Source of the DNA: Felis catus
Taxonomy: Eukaryota
Reading direction: 5' to 3'
Assembly: GCF_018350175.1 (NCBI RefSeq)
Contig: NC_058368.1
Span: 173,664,001-173,728,000 of the forward strand
DNA: 64,000 bases
The position numbers and the translations under genes were made by a program. Positions within the stretch are counted from its first letter, which is position 1; each line of letters opens with the position of its first letter. Positions 51,216-63,559 of this stretch are shown one piece after another. The notes under the pieces are model-generated. The model was not told the origin of the DNA, ran no database searches, and saw only the letters and a program-made list of their open reading frames with translations.

Positions 51216-52860
51216 CTCCCTAATGTCCTGCCTTCAGTCTTTACAGAGACTCTGGCTGTAAAAGAGGGACTTTTGTAAGTGATTGGATTTGCACCATCTT
51301 GGAAGGAGTGAAGGCATTTTGTCCCCACAATGGCAGAGAACCCATATTATAGTATGGGACTGGACATGACGAGGGGAAGGAGCAGCACTGACCAGTACAA
51401 GGAGGGTTACTGTGTCGAACTTCATAGGTTTTACCTCAGAACTTTGAACTCTCATCTATCTCCAAGGCTCTTGGCCTTTTGTTTCTCTTTAGCCACTTCT
51501 GTGGTGACCAACGCTATGTGGATTCTATCTAGCCAACACCCTGTGACCATCTTACTCAGACACAATCCCACAGCACCTCACCTCACACATGCACCACAAG
51601 CGTCCTGCCTCCTATCCAAAGCCTGCCTATTCCTAGTGAAGCATGAAACACCATAGGCCAGCACAATGCCGATACATGCATAACTCAGAAGTGCAAAGGA
51701 ATGGAGCAAAACCCTGAGAAATAAGACATGGGATCCACCAAATAAAAGCCCATTTCCAGGGAGCCTGGGTGGCTCAGTTGGTTAAGCGTCCAACTTCAGC
51801 TCAGGTCATGATCTTGCGGTTCATGAGTTCAAGCCATGCGTCAGGCTCTGCACTAACAGCTCAGAATCTGGATCCTGCTTTGGCTTCTGTGTCTCCCTCT
51901 CTCTCTGTTCCTCCCCCACTTGCACTCTGTCTCGCTGTTTCTCTCTCTCTCAAAAGTAAAGAAAGAATAAAAAAAAATTTTAAGGCCCATTTCCTGCCCT
52001 ATGTTGAGCTATTCTGAGACGCAATCGTTCATATGCCTTCTCTGAGGACAAGCCCCATGAATGGAACAACACACTTGCTACCAAGCAGCAGCCAGGCCCT
52101 TGTATTTGCCCTCCATCTTTCCCTGCCCCACTCCCCTGTTCTGTCATGCTGTGTTCCCTGGGATTGCACTGCCTGGTAAAGTACAAACAAGTAAGCTTTT
52201 GATTCAGGGAGGCCATGTTTTCTATGCAACCTGGGCTATGAGACTATGTATCAAGTTGGTGGCTCAACTACAGAGAAAAGAACAATTTCAAGTGAATTTA
52301 AATCACAGTAATTTGCCTATATATTCCTTATAGGTTGGGTTCTAAGAACAGAAAGAATAGTGAAGAAATCTTAAATGATACTCAGTAATTATAGTGTTGA
52401 TAATACTATATTTTTTAAGATTTTATTTTTTTAAGTAATCTCCACACCCAGCATGGGGCTCAAACTCACAACCCTAAGATCAAGAACTGCGTGCTCTACC
52501 AAATGAGATAGCGAGGCACCCCTCAGTAATAATATTGATGTTATTATTTAAAAGATTTTTCAGTGAAAGGGAAAATACATCTAAATTAGAAGAGATTAAG
52601 AGAAAATATTAAATTTGAATTAGAAATTATTTGGGGTGCCTGGATGGCTCAGTAGGTAGAGTGTGTGACTCTTGATCTCAGAGTTGTGGGTTGGAGCACA
52701 TTGGGTGCAGAGATTACTTAAAAATAAAATCTTCAGAAGTACCTGGGTGGCTCAGTCAGTTAAGCATCCAAATCTTGATTTTGGCTCAGGTCATGATCTT
52801 GTGGTTCATGAGTTCGAGCTCCACATCAGGCTCTGCACTGACAGTGAAGAGCCTGCTTGA

Positions 52861-52905
<45 letters not shown>

Positions 52906-52922
52906 CACCTCTCCCCTGTACT

Positions 52923-52953
<31 letters not shown>

Positions 52954-53920
52954 CTTAAAAAAATAAAAAAATAAAATCTTTAGGGGCACCTGGCTGGCTC
53001 AGTTGTTTGAGCATCCAGTTCTTGATTTCAGCTCAGGTCATGATCCCAAGATCGTGGGATTGAGCCCCACATTGGGCTCCGTGCTGAGCATGGAGCCTGC
53101 TTAAGATTCTCTTTCTTTCTTTCCTTCTGCCCCTCTCCCTCCCTCTCTCTCTCTCAAAAAAAAAAATGTAAATTAAATAAAATAAATAAAATCTTAAAAA
53201 AAAGAAATATTAGTAAGAACACAATGCATTTTTCTCTTTAAAAAAGAAAATGTATTTCCTAGTTCTGTTGACCAAAGAGGTCTATAAGAAGTACTTAACT
53301 ACTGATGGGCCCAGACAATGGTTTCTGCATATCATTTCCCACTAGAAGTTTGTAGAACCCTTTGAAGAAATGACTGATTCAAGTCTGGGACAGGAAATTT
53401 ACAGAATGAGCCAGGAATACCTTGCTGTACCAAAAAGCAAAGAAGGTATCAAATTATTACAAGGGCCCAAAGATGGGAAAATTTAAGCATCAAAAAGTCC
53501 AGGTATCAGATATGTTTATTATCTTTATTGTCTTGAGGGTTTCTTAAATGAACACACATGTCAAAATTTATCAACTTGGAAACTTTACATATGTGAAGTT
53601 TATTGCATGTCAATCATACCTAAATAAAGGTATCTACTTAAAACGCCTACAATTAGTTGGAACACATCAAATATCTATAAATACAGGAGTTCATTATGAT
53701 CCCTCCCCCCAAAAAAATAAGCAACCAACCCAACAACAACAGCAACTCACAACCAAATAGCTCATTAATCACTTTTGGAGACTGTCAGCATATCAACTCA
53801 TTTTTTTTCTGAAAGCTGGCAATTAAGAGAAGTAATCAAGCATTTGCTTGTCCTCTATGAACTCTACCTCTAGGTAACCAAACTGATAATGAGTGAAAGT
53901 TCTTTAAAAATGTCCAGCTA

Positions 53921-55162
53921 ATGACAAAATTTTCCAGGTGAAAATTTCCACCTTACACCTGCCATAATAGCTAAAATTAAAAAAATATATACACACCAAC
54001 AAGAAATACAAGTGTTGGTGAGAATGTGGAGAAAAAAGAACTCTCTTGCACTGTTGGTGGGAATCCAACCTGGTGCATCCACTGTGGAAAATAGTATGCA
54101 GTTTCCTCAAAAAGTTAAAAATAAAACTATCCTACAATCCAGTTGCTGCTGTTGTTGGGTTGTTTTTTGTTGTGGGGTTTTTTTTGGTATCATAATGAAC
54201 CCCTATATTTATTCATATTCAATATGCTTCAATTCATTGTAGGCATTATACTTTTTAAGTACATACCTTTATTTAGGTATAACTGACATGCACTAAACTT
54301 CACATGTGTAAACCCAGTAATCACACTGCTGGGTATCTACCTTCAAAATACAAAAACATTAATTCAAAGTGATACATACACCCCTATGTTTATAGCAGCA
54401 TTATTTACAATAGCCAAATTATGGAAGCAGCCCAAGTGTCCATCGGCAGATGAATGGATAAAGAAGATGTGGCATATATATATGCCATTATATATGCATA
54501 TATATACTCAGTCATAAAATGGAATATTACTCAGCCATAAAAAAGTGAAATCTTGTCATGTGCAATGACATGGATGCATCTAGACAGTGTAATGCTAAGC
54601 AAAATAAGTCAGTCAGAGAAAGACACCACATGATTCCACTCCTATGTGGAATTTAAGAAACAAAACAAATGAGCAAAGGGAAAAAAGAGAGAGCGGGAGA
54701 GACAAACCAAGAAATAGACTCTCAACTATAGAGAACAAACGGATGGTTACCAGAGGGGAGGTAGGTGGGGGGATGGGTAAAAGAGATGACGGGGGTGGGG
54801 GCACCTGGGTGGCTCAGTCGGTTAAGCGTCCGACTTCAGCTCAGGTCAGGATCTCAGCGTCCACGAGTTCGAGCCCCGCGTCGGGCTCTGGGCTGACGGC
54901 TCAGAGCCTGGAGCCTGCTTCCAATTCTGTGTCTCCCTCTCTCTCTGCCCCTCCCCCGTTCATGCTGTGTCTCTCTCTGTCTCAAAAATAAATAAAACGT
55001 TAAAAAAATTTAAAAAAAAAAAGAGATGACAGGGTTTAAAGAGTGTACACATCATGATGAGCACTGGGTGAGGTATGGAATTATTGAATCACTATATTAT
55101 ACACGTGAAACTAATCCAACGCTGTATGTTAACTACACTGGAATTAAAATAAAAACTTAATA
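53921..55162 (+). mobile_element. Carnivore L1 3' fragment containing an inverted local duplication and a nested SINE
   Basis: Contains the ORF2 C-terminus and an L1_Carn-like 3' UTR with tail. The 15-bp TSD AAAAAT(G/T)TCCAGCTA is at 53906-53920 and 55163-55177. The SINE is at about 54798-55020. Confidence 0.85.
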
Positions 55163-55669
55163 AAAAATTTCCAGCTAGTACAGAGATACTGAGAGAAATA
55201 AGACTGCCACAATTTTTAAACCTCAAATAAAATAATTGACTTAGATGAAGATCACAAAGGTTGCTAAAACCTGGGGTGAAAAGCTGATCTGGAACTTTAT
55301 TATTGATGGATCAGGCTGACAACACCTAAATCTGCTGATCAATTTTTTTTTAACGTTTGTTACTGAGAGAGAGACACACACAGAGCATGAGCAGGGGAGG
55401 GGCCGAGAGATGGAGAGACACAGAATCTGAAGCAGGGTCCAGGCTCTGAGATGTCAGCACAGGGCCCGACGGTGGGGCTCAAACCCACAAACTGTGAGAT
55501 CATGACCTGAGACAAAGTCGGACACTTAACCGACTGAGCCACCCAGGCGCCCCAATTTTAATGTCACTAAGGGCAACTAAACATGACATGATGCAAGTGA
55601 ATTTCCCAACATTATATATGAAATAGCCTTTAAAAAAAATTCATGGCGAATCTGATCAAGCCTCTAAAT

Positions 55670-55880
55670 CAGGGTTTCAACTTGGGCATTAGTGACATTT
55701 TAAGTTGGATAATTCTATTTTTGTGAAGGCTGTTCTGTGCATTGTAAGATGTCTAGCACATTCCTGGCTTCTACCCATGATGTTAGTAGCACCTATGCAA
55801 GTTGTGACAATAAGAAAGGTCTCTGGATATTGCCATATGGTCCCTCGGTTGGGGGGAATGGAAATTGACCTCAGTTGAAG
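55670..55880. mobile_element. MER20 hAT-Charlie element
   Basis: Matches MER20 motifs (TGACATTT...GGATAATTC, CTGTGCATTGTAAGATGT, GTTGTGACAA). Confidence 0.75.
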
Positions 55881-56454
55881 TGGGACTATATTTGAGGGCA
55901 GTAAAGAAGCTGAAAGTCAGGAGAATAAGAAAGGCAGTCACAAATCTTAGAGAAGAAAATGTCAACTCAGTACTCAGGTATAAGGAGAGAGTTCCAGCAC
56001 AGGCAGATGCTTTAGTTGGACATCCCTGCAGCCTTCATGTGGCCTTTGAGGGCCTGAATTTTCTAGGCAGAAACAGACAATTCAGAAACAAAGACAGATG
56101 CCATAGGAAAATTGTGAGATTCCAAGATCAGCAGCTGTGGTGGAAAAATTCACCTTCCCTGCCCCCCTGTGCCCCATCTAGCACCAGCCAGGATGCACCA
56201 AGGGTGCCAGGATCTCAGAATGCTCTCTCCATCTTTGGGAATGTGTGTTTCATTGTCAACCAGAAAGTCTTCCACTAACCCCTTTGGAGAAGAAAATTTT
56301 GCTCAAAAAAATGTCTCTGTCTAGTTTCAGCAACTCCATTAACTCCCACAGAAGCACATCCTCTAATGACAATTAACTCTTCCTTTAATAAGCAATGATA
56401 TTAATCCTCTATGGACACATTTGTTTTTTTCTTTAAAAAAAAAAAAAGACTTAA

Positions 56455-56916
56455 GGGGCGCCTGGGTGGCGCAGTCGGTTAAGCGTCCGACTTCAGCCAG
56501 GTCACGATCTCGCAGTCCGTGAGTTCGAGCCCCGCGTCGGGCTCTGGGCTGATGGCTTGGAGCCTGGAGCCTGTTTCCGATTCTGTGTCTCCCTCTCTCT
56601 CTGCCCCTCGACCGTTCATGCTCTGTCTCTCTCTGTCCCAAAAATAAATAAAAAACATTGAAAAAAAAACTTTAAATAAAAAAAAAGACTTAAGGGGCGC
56701 CTGGGTGGCTCAGTCGGTTAGGCAGCCGACTTCGGCTCAGGTCATGATCTCACGGTCCATGAGTTTGAGCCCCGCGTCGGGCTCTGTGCTGACAGCTCAG
56801 AGCCTGGAGCCTGTTTCAGATTCTGTGTCTCCCTCTCTCTGACCCTCCCCCATTCATGCTTTGTCTCTCTCTGTCTCAAAAATAAATAAGCATTAAAAAA
56901 AAAATTTTTTTTAATT
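56455..56916 (+). mobile_element. Two tandem CAN-SINEs (56455-56680 and 56694-56916)
   Basis: Two complete SINEs, separated and flanked by three copies of AAAAAAGACTTAA. Confidence 0.95.
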
Positions 56917-57374
56917 AAAAAAGACTTAAGAGATGTCTACTTTTCTACACTGACCATGAAGGAGTATTAGGATTCAAAATTACTCTCCCACTGTAAATAA
57001 CTTGAAAACTGGACAAAATATGTGCTAGCATTGTTTTTAGATATTGACAAGAAAGCACAGAACTGTGATCCCTGGAAGAAGAGAAACAAACAAGTTAAGC
57101 CCTATGATTTTCACACTTTCTACCTAAAGGAATTTCTAAACTGCTGAGTAGGAAAGGGGAACGCAAACAGAGCCCGTTGGTCTCAAGAGTCAAGGGGACA
57201 GAGAAGAGTTTGGGGAGGTTGAAGTAACTAGGATTTATAGGGCACAGTACTGGAAAGGAGGGAGATAGGTAGAGAAAGTATTCCAGAAATATGCAGAGAA
57301 GTTGGCTTTGAATCTTTAGCTAAATAACAATCTGCTTGTGATGATGTGATCTTATATGTAAAAAAACCCTAGAG

Positions 57375-57376
<2 letters not shown>

Positions 57377-57420
<44 letters not shown>
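57377..57420. repeat. (AC)n microsatellite inside an L1 fragment
   Basis: Pure AC run between AAAAACCCTAGAGTT and TGTTAGAACTAATAAATGAATTC. Confidence 0.95.
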
Positions 57421-57422
<2 letters not shown>

Positions 57423-58519
57423 TTAGAACTAATAAATGAATTCAACAAAGTAGCAGGATACAAAGTCAACACACATGTTTCAGTTGTATTTCTTTACACT
57501 AACAATGAACAATCTGAAAAAGATATTAAGAAAACAGTTCCACTTGTAATAGCATCAAAAAGAATAAAATACCTGGGAATTAACTTAACCAAGAAAGTGA
57601 AAGACTTGTACAATGAAAAATACAAAACATTGCTGGGGCGCCTGGGTGTCTCAGTTGGTTAAGCATCCAACTCTTGATTTAAGCTCAGGTCATGATCGCA
57701 AGGCTTCGTGGGATATTTGCTGATATTAATATTGTTAAATTTTTTAAAAATTTTGAGAGAGACTGAAACAGCCTGAGTGGGGCAGGGGCAGAGAGAGAGA
57801 ATCCCAAGCAGGCTCTGCGCTGCCAGCACAGAACCCTACGCGGGGCTCAAACTCAGGAAACCTAGAGATCACGACCTGGGCTGAAACCAAGCGTCGGACA
57901 CTTAACTGACTGAGCCACCCCCTCACGCTGATTTGAAGCCTGGCAACTTGGGCCCAATTTACAGGGCACTAAGTATATAATTGGAAAAGGAAAGAGTGAA
58001 GGTGCCTCATTTCAAAACTGAATTCCAAGATCTAAGTCAGACAAAATCAACCCACATTTCTGCTAAGGGTTTATTCAAAGAGGTGAACTACTGCTCTCTG
58101 GCAGCTAGCCAGCCAAGTTGGCCTATTGCCCTGGGTACTGAACACAGCTTTGTTTCTGGATTTAGGGTCAGGCTTATTTTCCAATTGTTAGGCACGACTG
58201 TGAGTGCATGGGAGACTGTGGACTCCAAGGTGCCTTTGCCAGGTAGCCAAGCCATTTAAACCAGTGAATCCGTGTTCACCTAGTCCTTCCACCTTTGCCT
58301 CATCTCTGCAGGTGCTCTACAGGTTTGCACTAATTCACAGCTCTCCACCTTCCTCCTTCCCTCTCCGGGGTGACCGGACAACTCCTGGTGGTCATTGCTT
58401 CCCAGGAGAAGTGAGGATAAAGTTGGAAAAACTCAACCAGATCTAGAGCAGAGTGCCAAAACACAGTTGGGGGAGGCTTCAGCGAGCCAGAAAGGGAAAA
58501 TCACTTTAAACATAAAGTC

Positions 58520-59160
58520 ACATTTAATGGATGGCGAAAGACACCAGGCAAGCACTGATCATAAGCAAGCTGGAATGGCTATATTAATATCAGACCAAAC
58601 AGATTTCAGAATAAGGAGTATTACCGACAACAAGAAAGATCTTATCATCACAGTAAAGGATTAAATTTACGAGAAGATCTTACAATCCGAACTGTATATG
58701 TACCTAATAACAGTCTCAAAATACTGAGAAAGCAAAAATTGGTAGAACTGAAAGGAGGAAAAGACAAATCCACAATTACCGTTGGCCATTCCTTCTCTCT
58801 CAGTAATCAATAGAACAACTATAAAGCAAATCAGTAGGGATACAGAAGACAAACACTACCCACCACCTTGACTTAAATAATATAAAATACTGCACCTCAA
58901 AAGTGCAGGATACATATTTTTTTAAAGCACACATGATAGACTCTATGCTGGGTCATAAAACAAGCCTCATAAAACCTCAAATTGTTAAAATTATGTAAAA
59001 TATATGCACTGTAAAGCTCTCAAATATTTGTAAATTAAACAACACACTTCTAAATGACTAAGTCAAAGAAAAATTCATCATGGAAATTAAAACTTACTTT
59101 CACTTAAATTAAAATTAAAATATTTCAATTAAAATACATATATCTAAGTTTGTGAGATGC
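58520..59160 (+). mobile_element. Degenerate L1 ORF2 endonuclease-region fragment
   Basis: The translation KQAGMAILISDQTDF resembles the L1 endonuclease motif KAGVAILISDK. Confidence 0.65.
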
Positions 59161-59950
59161 ACCTGCAGTTTGACAGTTTTAGCATTCATGTTTGAGTCTA
59201 CGATCCATTTCAAGATAGTTTACGTGTGCAATGTGAGATGAGGATTGAAGTTCATTTTTTTCTATATGATATCCACTTGTTCAAGTTTTATAGGTCACCA
59301 ATAAGAAAACAGTCCAGAGGCGCCTGGGTGGCTCAGTCAGTTAAGCAACTGACTTCAGGTCATGATTTCGCATTCCGTGGGTTTGAGCCCCGCGTCGTGC
59401 TCTGTGCTGCCAGCTCAGAGCCTGGAGTCAGCTTCGGATTCTGTGTCTCCCTCTCTCTCTGCTCCTCCCCCACTCGCACTCTGTCTCTCTCTCAAAAATA
59501 AATAAACATTAAAAAAAAAAAAAGAAGAAGCTATTTCTAGGGATGCTTGGATGGCTCAATTGGTTAAACATACAACTCTTGATTTTAGCTTAGGTCACGA
59601 TCTCACAGTTCGTGAGTTCAAGCTCCGCATCGGGCTCCACACTGACAGTGCGGAGCCTGCTTGGGATTCTCTCTCTCCTTCTCTCTCTGCCTCTCCCATG
59701 CTCCCTCTCTCTCTCAGAATAAATAAACTTAAAAAATATTTATTTAAAAAAAAAAAGAGGGGCGCCTGGGTGGCTCAGTCGGTTAAGCGTCCGACTTCAG
59801 CCAGGTCACGATCTCACAGTCCAGCCCCGCGTCGGGCTCTGGGCTGACGGCTCAGAGCCTGGAGCCTGCTTCCGGTTCTGTGTCTCCCTCTCTCTCTGCC
59901 CCTCCCCCGTTCATGCTCTGTCTCTCTCTGTTTCAAAAATAAATAAACGT

Positions 59951-60045
59951 GGTGTTGTATGGAAACCAATTTGTCAATAAATTTCATATAAAAAAAAAAT
60001 CCTAACCATTCTACCTTGTTTCTGAAGGGAAATAAATAAATAAAT
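59951..60045 (+). mobile_element. ~40-nt L1 3' stub with poly(A), 30 nt of extra sequence and an (AAAT)n tail, inserted in a SINE tail
   Basis: 59951-59989 matches the reverse complement of the L1 3' end at ~34538-34576 with 2 mismatches. The TSD AAATAAATAAACGT is at 59937-59950 and 60046-60059. Confidence 0.75.
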
Positions 60046-61139
60046 AAATAAATAAACGTTAAAAAAAAATTAAAAAAAAAAAAAGAAGCCATCTCAACAA
60101 GTACTCCTGGTACCTTTGAGTGGAAGATGAAGAAACCAAGATTTGTGTGCCAGGTTTGATCTTCATAATGGCTACAATTTCTTCTCCTCCTCCACCTTCA
60201 TCTTTATCTTCTTTTTTACACAACCACAGAACTATTATAACATCAAAAAAGTTTCTCCCCAAATTCCTCAATGTCAGCTGTTTGCTAGTGGGTATTCAAA
60301 TTTTCCCAATTGTCCCATGAGTATCTTTTCATTGTGCGTTTGCTCACTTAGGATCCAAACAAGGTCAACACATTGCAAATATGTACAGCACATGTACAAA
60401 TGTGGAGGTGATAACAAAGTACAATAATGAAATTTTAATTGTTTAACGTAGTAAATGCCACGGGGCCCACCCCCCAGACTCAATACTTATCAGCATTTGG
60501 CCAAACTTGTTTCATCCACACCCCTTCCACTGTCCTGTGCTTTAATTCTTTTAAAGCAAAGTTCACATGTCTTATCAATCCATCCATAAGTACTTCTCTA
60601 AAAGAGAAGGAATTCTTTTGTCTCTTTCAATAGAACCACAATATGGTTATTACAGCTTAAAAAATTTTAACAATATCAATATCAGCAAATATCCAGTCAA
60701 TAGTCAAATTTTCATGATTGCCTTATAAATTTTTTTGCAGTTGGCTTGTTAGAATCAGGATCCAAACAATGCCTCCACATTGCATTTATTTATGCTTAAG
60801 TCTGTTTGAAAAATCAATTTTATGAGGTCAAATTTATAATTGATAAAGTACATCCGGGTTAAGTGTACAACTCCCTGAGTTTTGACAGATATGTATACCT
60901 ATGTAACTACCAGCACACTCCAGATATGAAACATCCGTTACCCTAAAAAATTCTCTTGTGCCCCTTCTCAATTTACAACCCCTTGCCCAGGCAGCTACTG
61001 CTTTCTGTTACCACAGATCACTTTTTAAAAATATATATATATTTATTTATTTTTGGCAGAGCGCAGGTAGGGGAGGTGGATTTTTGGACGCTCAACTAAC
61101 TGAGCCACACAGGCACCCCAAAATTTGCATAGTCTTAAT

Positions 61140-61820
61140 ATACCTATCGACAGGATCTTTATTAATTATAAAAGGAAAAATAGTTTTACAGTGGAGAAAC
61201 CTGACAGATACTACCTTAACCAAATGATCAATGTTAATATCACCAGTACCTGGACAAAAGCACATAATGTGCTTCCTGATATGATGCACTGAGAAGTCAG
61301 CATCACATCCACGCTAATCCTGCCAAAAATGTTGAAGCTGACTCTAACCATGAAGAAACCTAAGACAACTCAAGTTGAAGGACCAAATAGCTGGCTAGTA
61401 ATCTTCAAGACATCAGTGTCATGAAAGGCAAAGAGAGGAACTGTTCCAGATTAAAATAGATCAAACAGGTAACAATGCAATGCATAATCTGAGATTTTCT
61501 TTTCCTCTATTATCGAGGCATTTGGTAAAATCTAAGTTATGTCAATTAGATAATGGTATTATATCAATATTAATATCTAGATTTTTATAATTATAATGTG
61601 GTATGTAAATAGATGTCCTTATTTTTAGGAAAACAATGAAATATTTAGGGATAAAGGGGGCATCAGCTCTGCGATTTACTCTCCAATAGTAGGGGGAAGC
61701 AAAAAGGATAAAGGCAATGTGATGAAATGTTATCATTTGGGGAATCTTGATGAGAGGCAGGTGGGAATTATTTACAACTTTCTGTAAGTCTGAAATTATG
61801 TCAAAATAAAAAGTTGGAAA
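61140..61820 (+). mobile_element. Ancient L1M (L1MC/ME-like) 3' UTR fragment
   Basis: Contains TTTACAGTGGAGAAACCTGACAGATACTACCTTAACCAAATGATCAA and the terminal GTAAGTCTGAAATTATGTCAAAATAAAAAGTT. Confidence 0.6.
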
Positions 61821-63559
61821 AAGGGGGGAAAAAGCCTTGAAAGTCAAACCAACCAATCCAAACAAAACAAGAAAGAAATTATTCGTGGGAATGTAAAATG
61901 CTGCAGCTGCTATGGAAACCATTATGGCAGTTCCTTAAAAAATTAAAATCGGGGTACCTGGCTGGCTCAGTCAGCAGAGGATGTGATTCTTGATCTATTC
62001 TTATGTTCACTTGAAAATTTCTCTTAAAAAAGTTTTAAGAATTTCTCCACTTTAGACTTCATAAATTGAAATTTAGATTCTGTGAGATTGCCTCATATGT
62101 TTACTCAACTTTATTGATTTCTTTTGACTTTTATTGAGTTTCACAATTGAGTGGAGAATTAGAAAAGTAGGGCTGTCTTAAAAAGTCTACAAAGATGTGC
62201 ATGGGGGCATCAAGGTACCGGGAATCTCCAGCACATAAAAATGCTACATGGTTCAAAATATGACTTTAGTACTGATTTTTGGGACGCTTGTTTGGCTCAG
62301 TAGGTTAAGCGTCTGTTTTCAGCTCAGGTCATGATCTCACAGTTCATGGGACCGAGCCCCGGAGTGCGTAGGCTGCTTGGGATTCTCTCTCTCCCTCTCT
62401 CTCTGCCCCGCCTCCCCGCTCTCAAAATACATAAACTTTTTTTTTAAGAAGGAAAGGGAAAAAAGTCTTAAAAATAATGATTTTTAATATTAATGTAGAA
62501 CAAGGAAGGGTAAGGTACAAGATTATTCTGTTGCAGAATAATCTAGACCAGTAACTCGTGTAACTGTAAGCATGGAGCTAAAGGCTGCTGGCGGCTAAAT
62601 TAGGAGGGTCAAGAAGGAAGGAGGAAGCTCTGCATTGGATTTTGCACATGCATATGCTATGTAGTGTTGCCTACATTACTGACTGAGGTCTCTAGGAATC
62701 AAATAAGAATAGCCTGCTGAGGTCACAATGGACACAATGTTCATAGCTCTTCTCTAGCCACAAAACCTGCAGTGGACATTTATGGCTGGTTTGTTAAACT
62801 AGCAAACTTTCTAGGTCTTCACAGCACCTGAGCCTGGGGTTAGGGGAACAAGAGACATATGACGGCAGAGTAGTGTGCTTGGATTGGGTTGTGCAGGAAT
62901 TTAAGTTTTTTTCTTTTTTACACTCCTTATAAACAACTATATTCTCATTATACGATTGAGGCCTACATCGAAATATTACTGAGCGAGAGAGAAATTCCCC
63001 TTCACCCTAACTGCTTCTACTCGCCACCCATTAGGGAACCACTACTCACAGTTTAGGGCGCTTCTTTTCTTTCTCTTTTCCAGTTCATAGTTGACTTTCA
63101 AGTGTCAAATCAGAAAGAGAAAAATCCCAATGTCCAAATCTGATGGTGGTTCTCTGAGTCTCCCAGGGAGAGTTTTAAAGGTGTTTATATGTTTAATGTT
63201 TAAATGTCAGAGCACCTCACATGTGATGCTGTGATGGGCCATTTATCATCTATTGGTCTCATAGACTGTAATCTCTCCTTGGCCAAAGCTGGCTTTTTCT
63301 GCCACATTTTGGTGCCCTGGTGCTTGGCCAAGTGCTGGCGGGGAGGAGGCAGAGACTGTTTATTGAGGCTGGAGGGTTGGACCAGTGGCAGGACGCCTGG
63401 ATAAATTAGGTCTGCCGTTCTTAGGCAGTTTCACACTTAAGGGACATTTAAGGGACCCAGCCTGTAAAGTAGAGGCCCAGTCAGGTCATCCAAACTCTGG
63501 CAGTCTGAGCTGAAGCCGCCTTAAATGAAGAGAGATGCATAAGATATGTACTTTAGCAA

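Larger units (their letters stand above)
1..62460. repeat. Dozens of additional tRNA-derived CAN-SINEs of several ages in both orientations (not listed individually)
   Basis: The recurring pattern is GGGGCACCTGGGTGGCTCAGTCGGTTAAGC...(CT)n...AATAAA plus an A-tail. A shorter, older type lacking (CT)n also occurs (e.g. 10100-10215, 23840-23960). Confidence 0.95.

Noticed and set aside
55865..56278. 137-aa plus-strand ORF
   Set aside because: It has a non-ATG start at the edge of MER20, no recognisable homology and no promoter context.
108..60092. Many similar short ORFs (MAQSVKRPTSAQVMIS..., GSGHDLTVREFEP...) resembling a peptide family
   Set aside because: All are translations of CAN-SINE copies in various frames.
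60340..60790. Repeated GGATCCAAACAA...CACATTGCA (about 60351 and 60758)
   Set aside because: Both resemble antisense fragments of ancient L1M 3' UTR, so they are better explained as repeat remnants than as a functional duplication.
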